A DNA stretch of 64,000 nt from contig NW_018408382.1 of NCBI RefSeq assembly GCF_002113885.1, positions 127,693 to 191,692 on the forward strand, read 5' to 3'. A program made the translations under genes and the position numbers. Shown piece after piece: positions 50,526-63,399 of this stretch. Below the pieces are notes generated by a model, which saw only the letters and a list, made by a program, of their open reading frames with translations, searched no databases and was not told the DNA's origin. Position 1 is the first letter of the stretch, and the number at the start of each line of letters is the position of its first letter. Source of the stretch: Mizuhopecten yessoensis (lineage: Eukaryota).

Positions 50526-50892
50526 AAGGACTAAATAATTTCCATACCACAAATGCCTAAGGTCATGTGTTTCCAATATTTATATTGACATTAACTTTCC
50601 ACAGGGAAATGTAATTATAAAACTTTATATATGGATGTATTGTGACTAGAGCCTGTGGCACGCCACTCTCTGCTTCCCTTCTCCAAGGTCACTGACAGGC
50701 GTTTTGAAAATATATTTTGTCGGAGCAATAAGCTTTGAAATGCTCAACTTTTACCAACCTTCACGACTTAATTATAATTTGCCTGTGTACTTGGGATCAT
50801 CCATGTAAGTACTGCTAAGGTGTCCGCGAGTAAGTCATTCCATCTGGTGCTTGTTGCAGCAACCACAAAGCCAATAACTACATTTATAATTT

Positions 50893-51245
50893 GATAATAA
50901 TTCGAGGTTCTTATATACCGCTTTATCACGACCTATGAATAGTTCATAGGTCGTCTCAAAGCGGTTCACAAATTATTATCCGTGGTTATAGGGCCTTTGC
51001 AACCAGCCAATACCTTTCTCAACTCCCTGGGGAGCATACAGCCGGTGCTACCATTTGGTGCTCACAGCTTACAATTCAACAGTTCTAGCACTGCCCAACC
51101 ACATACTCATTTACAGCTGAGTAGACTAGACTGGATCAAGGGGAGTAAGGTATCTTGCTCAAAGATACAACACAGTGCAGTAGCGTGACTCTAACCCACA
51201 ACCCTTTGGTCAAGAGCCCGGCATTCTACCACTAGACTTCCGTGC
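50893..51245 (-). mobile_element. tRNA-derived SINE with a conserved central domain
   Basis: tRNA-like head at ~51185-51240, central motifs TACTCATTTACAGCTGAGT and CTCCCTGGGGAGCATAC, and a TAA-repeat tail. It resembles bivalve Meta/Deu-type SINEs as I recall them. Confidence 0.65.
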
Positions 51246-52240
51246 CTCCTACAAAGTGGAATATAGACGTCACCCATCAACAATATCAAGGTCAGACGTG
51301 GGGGTCAAAGGTTAGGTTAGTCCTGCTTGTCTAAGCATTTATTTTTCAATGGCTGGATATGTTAAAAAGTACAAGGATGAATTCTGACTACATGCATGTA
51401 TGGTGTTTATTCTGTAGTCGACAGGTCAAGGTCACGGACAATCCAAAGGAAAATGTACACTATTTTTCTTTCTTTTAACAAAGTTTTGGAGACAATCTTA
51501 TAAGAGTATATAATTGTAGGTAATTACTGAATTTGAACCAGTGTATGCTATAAAGTATTTAAATATTCTTCACACAAGACTGATGAAACAAGTCTTGTGG
51601 TTTTCATTTGAGTAAAATCAAAACTGATGGACAAGTTTAATTAATCTCATAAGAAACAGACACATATTCCAGAACACTTTCATCATATAGATCTATAAAT
51701 TATAAATATGAGATTTAACATACATTCACAGTGATGCTATTTTATTTGCATGATTTTACATGAAAGTCAACATTTAGATACAATTTGTATAAACATGTCC
51801 CTTTATTGGGTAAAAGCACCAACTTTTTTAGGATGTTTGAATATTTTTTTCTCTTTTAAAATTAAGCAATATACATAACAGCAGGAAAAAAATGGTAATC
51901 GTCAGGAAAGAAAATCTAAGGTATTTCATCTTTTTAAACAACATATAAATGCAATCATTGATTAAATACTGCCCTCAAATGAAATAACTCAAGTGTTTGC
52001 ACATGTTTGATCAAGACCTTGGGGAAAACAACCCACAATATTCTACTACACTGCAGGACTTTCTCAACTATGCTATTACACACCCATAGCTGTACTCATC
52101 ATGTCACAAGGTGAAATTGAATTGTCAGCTAATTAATGAAATAATAATTATAAATGGGATAGTTCTAATCCAAATATAGATCTGTTTGGTCACAGCCGCA
52201 TAAATCTATTGAAGATATAACAATATACAAGTTTTAAGCA

Positions 52241-52327
52241 TTAACTCACCCTTGAAATTTCATAATGAACTATTCCAACCTTTGAAATGGAAGAGTTCAA
52301 AAGTGTCTTTAGGGGTGAATGAGTTAA
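52241..52327. mobile_element. Tiny TTAA-flanked MITE
   Basis: TTAACTCACCCTTGAAA...TTTTAGGGGTGAATGAGTTAA. Confidence 0.45.
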
Positions 52328-53855
52328 TGGGCAGCTTCATATAAATCTACCCTTCGATCTTTAAATGAGCCTGCCGTGTAGTATTTATATAATCTGGAGT
52401 TAAGTTACTATTAAGCGCATACATAATCATGTGCAAGCTTAATTTTTTAATAAACATGATATTCTATCCTCATGGAAAATGATGACACATTCTTTGTTTA
52501 CCTATTGTACATATATAACAACAGTGTATCTATAGGTTATTACAATGTTATTATTAAAACACGAGATATGAAGATTATTTTTCCAATACTGTATGCGTGT
52601 ACCAAGAAATACTAATGCTTCTGTTACCAGGCTTCATCCACACAGAATGAGGCTGGCAATAAATCACACAGTTGTGATATGGTACATATAGAAAATGATT
52701 TTCCCACCACATCATGACTGCCCATTACTTAATCAATAAATAAAGGAATGGCACATAATTAGCTAGCTAAAAGTATTTCTTATCATCATTATGGAGATGT
52801 CAGATCATTTCTGTCAGGAGTTGTACTATCTACATGTATATCAGATCAGAGCCGAAGAAAGTAGCAGACAGAATGCAGAAAGGAAAAATGATTGAATGGG
52901 ATAAGGATGAAACTGGATTGATGAAAACATGAAAAAGATAAATGCACATGTCATTTTGATGTAACCAATATGGGATACCACAGTACAGGACAGTTATATC
53001 TGTGTATATCAACCATGAGACTGCAGACCAAGACTTTCATAATCTCCGAAATCAGAGACACTCCTATTTCCCCTACACTCTTGGAATTCCCCTACACTCT
53101 TGGAATATGCCATGACAAAATCAAAGACTCTGTACACAACATTTTATGGATGATACAAGACTAGTTCAATTCTTTGAAGTACATTTGTACATATGATATA
53201 ACAGTTAAAATTAATCTTTGAAGGTACATGTAATATGTATCAACCAAGTGACTGGAAAAGTTTGTTTTATACCTGAAACCAATCAAACAGCTAATATATA
53301 CTGTGTGAGGGTGTGGAGAAGATATGTGTATCAAGAGAATCAAAGAAGCCTTGGATTTTGAAGATGGATATTCCTTTATATTAGAACTAGACAAAGAGTT
53401 AACAGATATCCATATATAACTAGTTATATTACAGAACAAACAATAGATGGTACAATGTCATAGCTCCTTTGTCATAAATTATAACCAATCCATTTGAATA
53501 CATTAATGGCAAGATAATATAAATTTGATCGAAATAATATCTGCTATACAAGTAACATTTGGTTGTACTTGTGTTAAAAAATAACAGCTTTCATCAGCGA
53601 ATAAAATAATAACAACATTGATTCTGTTATGCATAAATAGACACTCGTGTGCCAGCGATATAAATCTACCCCGTTACTCATATCAGTGTTGTACGTATAC
53701 AGATAACACAATTAACTGACAGCATGACGTTACGTTTTCTAGTATTATCTAATTGTGAGGATAAGCATTCATAATTCAACATAACACTTGATTCTAGTGC
53801 ACAGTGTTACAAGAAAGAGAAAATGGCTGGTCTTTGAGCCAAACCGGGACTTTCA

Positions 53856-54560
53856 CACACACCATACGGATGCACTACTAATAGGGCTACCGGGTTGCCA
53901 GGGATAGACCCAGTCCAGTTCCACTACACACACACCATACGGATGCACTACCAATAGGGCTACCGGGTTGCCAGGGATAGACCCAGTCCAGTTCCACTAC
54001 ACACACACCATACGGATGCACTACCAATAGGGCTACCGGGTTGCCAGGGATAGACCCAGTCCAGTTCCACTACACACACACCATACGGATGCACTACCAA
54101 TAGGGCTACCGGGTTGCCAGGGATAGACCCAGTCCAGTTCCACTACACACACACCATACGGATGCACTACCAATAGGGCTACCGGGTTGCCAGGGATAGA
54201 CCCAGTCCAGTTCCACTACACACACACCATACGGATGCACTACCAATAGGGCTACCGGGTTGCCAGGGATAGACCCAGTCCAGTTCCACTACACACACAC
54301 CATACGGATGCACTACCAATAGGGCTACCGGGTGGCCAGGGATTGACCCAGTCCAGTTCCACTACACACACACCATACGGATGAACTACCAAAAGGGCTA
54401 CCGGGTTGCCAGGGATAGACCCAGCCCAGTTCCACTACACACACACCATACAGATGCACTACCGGGTTGCCAGGGATAAACCCAGCCCAGTTCCACTACA
54501 CACACACCATACGGATGCACTACCGGGTTGCCAGGGATAGACCCAGCCCAGTTCCACTAA
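53856..54560. repeat. 73-bp tandem repeat (~10 copies) derived from a tRNA-like LTR
   Basis: Unit CACACACCATACGGATGCACTACCAATAGGGCTACCGGGTTGCCAGGGATAGACCCAGTCCAGTTCCACTACA; the last two copies share an 11-bp deletion. Confidence 0.92.
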
Positions 54561-55106
54561 ACACAGAAATAGTCCTTCCACAAAGCATTTGTCATTTACA
54601 GAATAACATGATATCACAATTTTGATCCTGGTTTTGAAATGTGCACAAATATACTAGCAGCTAATCCACGGTCATCTGTTTCTTATAGCAGGTATATAGT
54701 GAAGCACATTGTACTGCCTGTTCCACTAAACCTGGGTGAATACAGGAATCACCACTGCAAGTTTATGTACAGCAGTCTTATTGAACACCCTAACTCAGCT
54801 GCCTTCGTTCCCATGAAATGACTGGATAAATGGAACAACTTTGAGCAGAAAAAACTAAAACTCTGTCTCCATATATACTTGTTGGATAGTGGAACAATCG
54901 GTGTAACTTTGGATTATGGGGCTCAACTCTGTATTGTTCGTCGCTGATCATACAAAAATAATAGTATGAAAGTGAAGAGTAAGTTCACCAATGTAACATA
55001 CTCTGTAATTCAATATTGCAATAATCCCACCAGGATAAAACGAAATCACTTTCCCACAGTTTAAAGACAGGGACAGGACACTAAAAATCTCAACAACGTA
55101 TCCTCT

Positions 55107-58100
55107 TCATCCGAAAGTTATCTGTTGTGATATCTGAAAGCAAAGTAGATGACATTTCATATGTTGAATAAAGTAACCAATATTGTATCACAATTTGACA
55201 GCTGTGGGAACCGTAGGTCAACAGTCAAATAGTGTTTTTTTGTTAATTTGAAACTTTTTACATGGTCCGATATAAAATTCTTGCTAGGCACTTTAAAAAA
55301 TACTGATATTCAGAGAAGTAGTGTTTCGAGTCACCAGCACTTTTAACATCCTTTACATATCGTAATAATAAACACAATATTAATTCTCATGTTGATTCTC
55401 ATGTTTGACATGAATCATGTGTCAAGACTTGTAAAATGCTGTATTTTCAAACTTTCATATCAATGTAGATATATATTTTATACACACACTTTGTAAATAT
55501 CATCCTGATATGTACTATTCCTTGACTTGAAAGCTTACCTGGTTTGGAGGATATGTACGTACTATTCCTTGACTTGAAAGCTTACCTGGTTTGAAGGATA
55601 TGTCGCTGTGTATATTACGTTCTGTTGATCTGTTGCCAAGATATTGCTTTGTAATGTGTGGGGATCTGTTAAGTAATAACATCATAATTAAGTTATTAAC
55701 AATAAATGTAGCAACTCAAAGTAAACATTCCACTCTTTACAGTGCCATCATGTTAAATGCTACTTCAACACTGCAGAGTTTCAACCACTGCATTGTCTTT
55801 TGATATAAAATTAATCAAAAATAAACTATAAGTGTCTGTAGATAAGAATGCACCTGCTGCCATGCAATTAGAGCCAATTTTTTAATCTATAAAATAGAAA
55901 TGGTGACCTTGACCATTTGGTTCCTGAAATTCAAACTCATTCAAAGTATTCTTATACCTGCCCTTAGATTACACTTATAAGTTTGATCAAAATGTGTAAG
56001 CATTCACTAAAGCTTGAGTGATGCAATCAAAATGGTTGACATATTTGTATAGCTAATACTGGTGAGCTTGGCTTTGGAACCCGACACACTTGGTGGCCAC
56101 TTTGTTTTTACTATCAGTCTTTTAAAATGAAGCATGCATAACATGGCAAGAAAATATTTGTGGGGGAAAAAATCACTGAAAAAATCCCAATACAGATTAC
56201 AGATGTAATAACACACTATTTAATAAGACATTACTTACTGAAACTGTCTTCTGAAAGATCTTCTAGTCTACCTTCCTCTGGTAGCTGTCCTGACTTGTCA
56301 CCTTTAGCAGACTGGAGGATGAAAAAAACAAATAAAAAATGTAGTAAACACTGGTATATTTAGTACACACAAGATGAATATAACAAACTGAATACAAAAA
56401 CGTTCTTAACACTGTATTCAATCTACCATGAAGTTAATCTGTTTTGATTGGAATCATTCTAAAATATCATTCTAGATTGATGTTACTCGAGACTCCAGGA
56501 AATAGCCAAAATCTTGGCAAGGACTTACCAAATATGATTGAATATCAAAAATGAATATCAAAAATGATTTTCAATATTGAAGATGAAATTCTTTTGACTA
56601 CTGATTTATATTTCTTGTTTTCTCATAAAGTTCATGTTTAAATAGATATTATAATACAGTGACAATTAACATGGTATATTACTGTGTAAAGACCGACTTA
56701 CTTCTCTGTATTTTTGAAGGTATAGTTTCAGTGGTTCAACATAACTGTCGAAACCTAAGGTTGACATTGCAAACAAAATGTCTTCTCCGTTAATTGTCTT
56801 CCTCTTTTCTTGGTGACATCTCTCACTAGCTCTTCACAATGTTAAGGTTTCCACTATAATATTTACAATACACGTTACTATGACACTTCCCTTACAAGAA
56901 CCTACCAAAATCCTTTTTTATTCAGTGCACTGTATGAATGGCAATATACCCTGGTATATACAATAAGGTTGACTGTTACAATAAGGAATGATGACTTACA
57001 AGACAAATAAACATACAAGGAATTTGCAGGAACTTTATATATATCTATATTGTCTTGAATCTCCTCAATTCTATGTCTTTGTCCAAAAACTGAAGGAGTT
57101 TAAACTATTAAAGTTCATGGTTTTTCTAAACACACAGAAATTTAAACATTTAAACGTTTAGATAAGTCTGAGGCTCAACTTTACAAATTTAGTTGCTTAG
57201 AAATATATCATTTTAGTTTTTAATTTAGCTATGGTATCAAAAATGACACACCAGTAGTCTAAATAACAAGTCTGTTTTATCATTGATCAATAACGCAACT
57301 TAAATTATACAACTTAATTTTTATCAGTATCATAAATATAAACTGTATATGCTAATAAAGGGAGATAATAGATATTTTCGATTTAAACAAAGGATACTCG
57401 CTGGTAATGAAACTGATGAACTCTGACACACATTCCTGAACACATTCTTTGGCATCTTTTGCAATCTAAAATGAACAAGAATACTGCATACTATTAACAC
57501 CACATGTGTCTACTTTAAACTTTCAAACGAACAAATATTATTTTTCAAAAGTTAACTGGGACAGCATCAATATCAGTATATTTTATTTTATTTCACGATT
57601 CTGAATAATAGTAAACAGTTAATGGATTGTTATTTGCAAAATATGAAAATTCATGTATGTTTTCATCCAATTTGACACCAAGCAGTTTCTTTAGTTATTT
57701 ACTTGCATTTTGAGAAGCAAGAGTCTGGACTAATGAGTTTAAACATTCTCTACCCCTGACTGTGTTTGGTCAGATTTTGGGATACTTACTTTACCAGACT
57801 TTGGAATTGATTTCTTCATTATTCTTGCAACATTTGCGATGGGAAGAAATCTGTCCTGTAAAAAAATAAAAATAAAATACTGTGTGTCAATAAAACTGTC
57901 AAAATGATAGCAATTCTGTGGACTGTATGATACAAGACTTATTATCAGAATTTGTGAAGTGATGAAGACAAGACATACATTGTACAACATATTTTATCAA
58001 ATGCCTGAAAACATTATTATTAAGTGTAATGATGCGAACAATGTCTCGGAAGATACTATTTAATGGTCCTATACAGCTTGTGATGCAGATTTGTTATCTG

Positions 58101-59027
58101 ACCTGTTCTCTTAGGGGTTCATTATCTCGGGGTTCGTCGTCATTTTCAACTGACTGTAATGTCTCCTCTCCATCTGTGGATGAAAGAAAATTTAAAATCT
58201 CAATTAGTTTTGATATTAGCAATAACAATAACATAATCAAGCAGCGTATGACACAAACAGTGAACTTTGGGACACTTTAATATCAGTATCCAAAAATATC
58301 ATAATCAAGTAGTGAACGTCGACACAAAGTGAACTTTGGGACAGTTTAATATCAGTGTCCAAAAAGTTTATAATCAAGTAGTGAAGGATACAAAGTGAAT
58401 TTCTCAGTGTTTGAAAAAGCGCTGTGTATATTGAAATTTCAACTGTCCATGTCAACCCCAGATGTTAGTTCCCCTCCCCCACCCCCACCCCCTTCTCTTT
58501 AGCCTATCCATCATCTGGATCATTACAGAGACATGGACATTTTAACGCTCCTCCTCCATCTCCTCCTTTCGAGATTATATAATTAGTTTGATCATTCACT
58601 TCAATCTTATTGTGATACCATTAAATTACAAATCGATATAGACTTAGTGAAATATGTTTACTTACTCGGAGGATATTGGATTGCCCTTTTGTTCAATAAT
58701 GTTGATGTTCATGTGATAATGATGTAATATTTCTTACAAGGATACAAGAGTAGAACTTCTTTATAGCGATAATATTAAAACATGTTCATTAGTAAATAAC
58801 TATTTAACCTTACTGTATACCCATACAACTGTGCGCCAATATGTGAAATGAAAGCCAAGTGTTTTACTTTAATGCATATGTGCCATAAATCACCTCAATT
58901 GAAAACTTAAACAGTCATCCATGTCGATTATGAAATGTTATAACCTACCATCCTGTAGTGGAACTGATCCTGAAAACATGGAGTCCCCAAGGCTATCCAC
59001 AGCACTGTCTCCTGAGTTACCATCCAT
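55107..59027 (-). CDS. NFYB: Nuclear transcription factor Y subunit beta (197 aa, 8 coding exons)
   Basis: Exons 58949-59027, 58103-58173, 57790-57855, 57398-57465, 56702-56831, 56239-56311, 55586-55665, 55107-55133 (594 nt). Histone-fold core [91 protein letters not shown]. Confidence 0.97.
56832..57397 (-). other. U12-type (minor spliceosome) GT-AG intron in NFYB
   Basis: 5' splice site GTATCCTTT; branch point CCTTAAC 9 nt upstream of the intron 3' end; no polypyrimidine tract. Confidence 0.9.
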
Positions 59028-59084
59028 TGTAGCTCACCTAGAAGGAAAAAGAAAATGGAGGTAGAAATTTAAGTGAGTGTTGAA

Positions 59085-59434
59085 AATTGCAGAACTGAAC
59101 TGCATCATTCACCTACGACCAGGTAGCTTGATTTGTTTCAGAGCAACTGTCTAGAGTTTGGAGGGTCCCAGGTTCAAATTTCGGTCTTGGCATGCCTTTT
59201 CCTTTTCCTATGGCAGTGGTGCCTGTGACCAAACCCTGTTTCAAGTACTGGGCGAATGCTAGGGAGTTAAAGTCTTAGAAAACAGAGGGAGGAATGTAGC
59301 AGAACTGGGCTGAGTTGACACTCAGCACCCAGGTAGCTAATAATAAGCTCAATTGGTTAGAGCGCCTATCTCAAGTTCGGATGGTCCAGGGTTTTAATCC
59401 TGGTCTAGTCATGCATTTTCCCATTCCTGTTACA
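59085..59434 (+). mobile_element. Second tRNA-LTR TRIM (Helenus-like), degenerate, in the NFYB 5'UTR intron
   Basis: LTR ~59085-59215, PBS TGGTGCCTGTGACC at 59217, PPT AGAGGGAGGAA, and LTR 59295-59434 (TGTAGC...GTTACA). Confidence 0.75.
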
Positions 59435-59635
59435 CTAACAAACCTACAATAATGTTTGCTAAATAAATAAAACCAAACATAAATAAGTACAAGTATTATA
59501 TGAAATACAGACACTGTATTTGTCCTTATTAATAAGCAATGTCAGTATTTAGCATTATGAGAAATTTAGAGCAATTTCAGAAGCTTTCAAATAGGCACTT
59601 TACAAATATTTAAAGTTAAATATGGAAAATTGTTG

Positions 59636-60325
59636 TTAAAGATGACAGTACAAGTTGAAAAGCTTTTAATTAAGATAAAAAAAAGTTTTGAATTTATTAT
59701 TCTGGTTTTGAGATCTTTCCCATCTATTCCGACTATCGTTTTCTACAGTGCCGACATTTTAGTTTGCCCTTGCTTGGTAAAGAGTATGGGTTTCGCTGGG
59801 TATAAAAAGCGCATTACCTGTCACACGGGTTATCACTATACAACTGACCGTCTTGCGACTCAATGCACCGCTTTCACACTGTTTTCACACAGGATGTTAT
59901 TACAAGTTGGATAACTAAAAGGTAGGCATTAGCGTTAGTCGTATGTTTGTTTCGTTCAGGGCTGTTTGAGGTTGTTGTTTTTTTTAGGGGGGGGGGGGAT
60001 TGTGCATTAGATATTTAATTGGTCGTATTTTACCATTGTGTCCACTTTTTTTAGATAAATGATATCTTTGATGTGTTCTATTTCAAATCTATTAGACTGA
60101 TCTTATCGTGAAAGTGTTGTATTTATATAGTATAGTAGTGTCACTTTGCGTACACATTAAACAAATGATAACCGGTCTGACGTGTAATGCGCTTTTTATA
60201 CCCAGCGAGACCCATACTCGTTACCAATTCAATGCAAGCGAGTACATTCTATAACGTCGCCGCTTCCTTAGGTACGACAGCCGAAAAAGACTGAAAGCTT
60301 ATTCACTTGCACTGTCAGCTTTTAA
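59636..60325. mobile_element. Kolobok-like MITE, copy 2
   Basis: TTAA-flanked; same TIR and internal sequence as 11726-12631. Confidence 0.8.
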
Positions 60326-60552
60326 AGGGGAATCGGGATGAATCAGACAAGAAAACTATATCAGGGATATCGGTGCTCATCTAATAAGAACAAGTTACTT
60401 TTCATAGTTTTATTTAGTAGATAAAGATATTTTCATTAACATCATCAGTTATCAATGGCATTAATAATCATAGCCCCAAAAAGGTGAAATATTATCTTTT
60501 AAAAATTGAATGTTCAGAACGGCAGGCAAAATGCTAGAGCATTCTAATATTA

Positions 60553-61609
60553 CAGTTGTTACGGCAGTAGCGGATCATTGTCTATAGCGGATCACTCGGA
60601 AAACTAAATCTGTTAACATTAAAATGAGCATAGCTAGACGGAAATTAAATGTACAAACTTGTTAATATAGTTTTATTCTTGAAAGTAAAAACTGAAGATT
60701 TAGTGTAATTAGTAAATTAACAGCAAAATCACGAAAACATTGTTTTGTCAATACGATGCACACCTAGTGGACGCCATGTTGGAAAACGGCCGGTTCAGGA
60801 AAAAAACAGTTTTTTATTTCAAACCACCATATTAGCCAAATGAAATATTGTTTTATGGATGAATTACGTTGTATTGTTTGTGGAAAACTCAGTGTTCTGT
60901 TAGGTAACAACTGTTTACAAATATGAGCGAGCTTTTTCCGAACTGTGTTTTTGTGTCTATAGCGGATCAGTGTTTCGTGGTACGCACGCGTATGAACATA
61001 ACTGAACGTGCACACGCGATTTCGAAAATTGGAAGAGCAGAAGAAGAAAACATTGTGATCCAGATCAAGACAACAGGTAATTGTGTAGTTGCACAACAAA
61101 ATCACCCTTTATTCGCCCCAATATATTAACATGTCACATGATTATTTTGATACCAAAAATAGCATGTTTACAATATCAAAAGCATGGCAAACTTGTTACT
61201 CTACCTTGAATCGGGCCATTAATTCTCAAATCCATATTATCATTGACCAAAACATGACTCCAAAGCACATCATTAAACTCCAAACGAGTACCGAATAATA
61301 AAACCATGATATTTGTAAATAAGCGTATCAAACTCTCACTGAATGAAAAGTTGACTGGGTGTGACGTAGCAATCGAGCATCACCATCAGAGGCCCACCAG
61401 GGGGCGCGATCCGTTAATAGACACAAAAACGGTAGGCTTTGTTTTGTTAATTTTGTTTTATATGGTCAATGTTCATACATTATTTTAATATGACATGAAA
61501 GGATATACTTTGTAGATTCTATAAATATACCATGTTTGTGGTAACCCTGTTCTCAGAAATTGTGTGGATCGTTTTTTCGCCGAGTGATCCGCTACTGACG
61601 TAACAATTG
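60553..61609. mobile_element. Non-autonomous TIR element (Tc1/mariner-like ends)
   Basis: CAGTTGTTACGGCAGTAGCGGATCA...TGATCCGCTACTGACGTAACAATTG, with internal TAGCGGATCA repeats. Confidence 0.7.
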
Positions 61610-62092
61610 ACTACATTGTATAGTTTTCCAGATCTTGACTAATCTTCCCTAATTTTGTTAATGAATAAAACTGTAGTGAAACTTGGGCAGGTGATTTACT
61701 GCATAACAGGTATAGCTCAGTTTGTTATGTATAGTTACGTAGTTTTTCTCACTATTTTTATTCTTATCCCATATTAATCGTTGCTAGCCCCGTGATCTAA
61801 GCTACAATGTTGTGGACTTCAAATTTCCCCCTATGTTTAATACAATCCATGAAAAGGTCTGCATGATTTGGTTTCTTTTAAAAAATAAATGACTTGTAAA
61901 GCTAGTCAAGCCAAAAACAAATCCAAAGCAGTGGCACGGGATCATTTTATGGAATTACTTGTTTTAAATTTTACAAATATTGACATAACTGGCCTAGGAT
62001 AGTATGATGGTTTTACTTTTAAGTTACATTTGTAAGGATACATGTGCTTATTATTACTATTATAACCCATTATATACCCAGGAATGACTTAC

Positions 62093-62410
62093 GGTTTCAA
62101 GGCACAGTAACGTACGTACACCATTCGATGAACATTATAAATTACTTTCAGTTTGATTGGCAATCATTATAAACCCAGCGATCTGATTAGGGATGACCGT
62201 AAAATTAAAGTAGTCTTTTATCGACATAATTAATTGATCAAATGAAATTACATCAGTAGGTGGGCTTTCCTCTTAAAACATAAGCAATCAGCCATAAAAC
62301 GTAGACTTCATTCCACGGTGACGATCAGGACATGGTTATCGTAACGGAGGAAATTTATATTTCACACGGAAATAGCACTTTTTACAACAACACAAAAGAA
62401 ACATGGCGAC
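62093..62410. promoter_or_regulatory. Probable NFYB promoter and UTR exon 1, divergent with a possible plus-strand gene
   Basis: Minus-strand donor CC|GTAAGT at 62091-62092, CCAAT box (ATTGG) at 62156-62160, and AACATGGCG at ~62400-62408. Confidence 0.5.
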
Positions 62411-62435
62411 TCATATTGAAGTCTACCTTGAAACA
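62403..62435 (+). CDS. Possible first coding exon of an unidentified gene (MATHIEVYLET...)
   Basis: Strong AACATGGCG start context about 300 bp from the putative NFYB exon 1. No clear donor found and the product is not recognised. Confidence 0.3.
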
Positions 62436-63399
62436 TGCGAATATTGGCTGTACATATTTAATTTTCCATTGAATTATTCGCTTGTATGTCAATTCAAAAT
62501 AATCGCACGTGTAGACCATTGGCCATTAGGATACTATCAACAAACCTCTGTGATTGAGAAGAACTTGAGAAATTGGTTGGTCAATGCAGGAGCCAGTGAG
62601 ATTTCAGAGACTGCCAGCCACTCAGCAGAGAATGTGACATTCGATGGCTGTTAAGTTGACTGTCTTGCCCTACAGAATCTTTTAGCAAATTTAATAAATT
62701 TGCGGATACATGAATTATTTCAGGTATCATACGAGAATCACATATGTTATTTTTTGCAGTCGTACAATTAATTGTATTACATACCGGCTATAATAAACAT
62801 GTAAATGACATTAAAAATTACTTCATGACGTATTTGTTTAATTAATGTAACAGCCTAGCCTGCTTGCGTTTTTGTACACATTAGGAGCCTTGAAATATAG
62901 GTCTATTTAAAACAACTTTGTTATTGTAATCAAATCAGCAGGTTAATGATGTATCCAAAATCAACTTAAAATAATCACTATTTGAATGATTATGAAGCAA
63001 AAGGTAAACCGGTCGAGCAAAGGATGATAGAATAAATATTGTCCATATATCAATGCGCTGGTTCCGTCGAACATAAAACGGAAGTGACGTATTTTTGGGA
63101 AATCCCTTGTCAAAACCCATGAGTGACCTGCTAAAATGCATATTTACGTAAAAGTCTTGAAAGGAAACGAAATAGAAGTAGCAGTAAGTATGTTTTAAGG
63201 CTAAACATGAGCTGTTTTCACTTAAACGGTTTATTGTAAAGAAACCAAAACCATGATAATAAGATAAGCACGTTTCATACCGTAACACACGCAAAAAACA
63301 TGACCATGAATAGCAGGATCAACTGTTACACCGTCAACAACATTGGATATCATTGTCACCAGATATTAGATACACACAGTACACTATGAGTGTTTTAAA

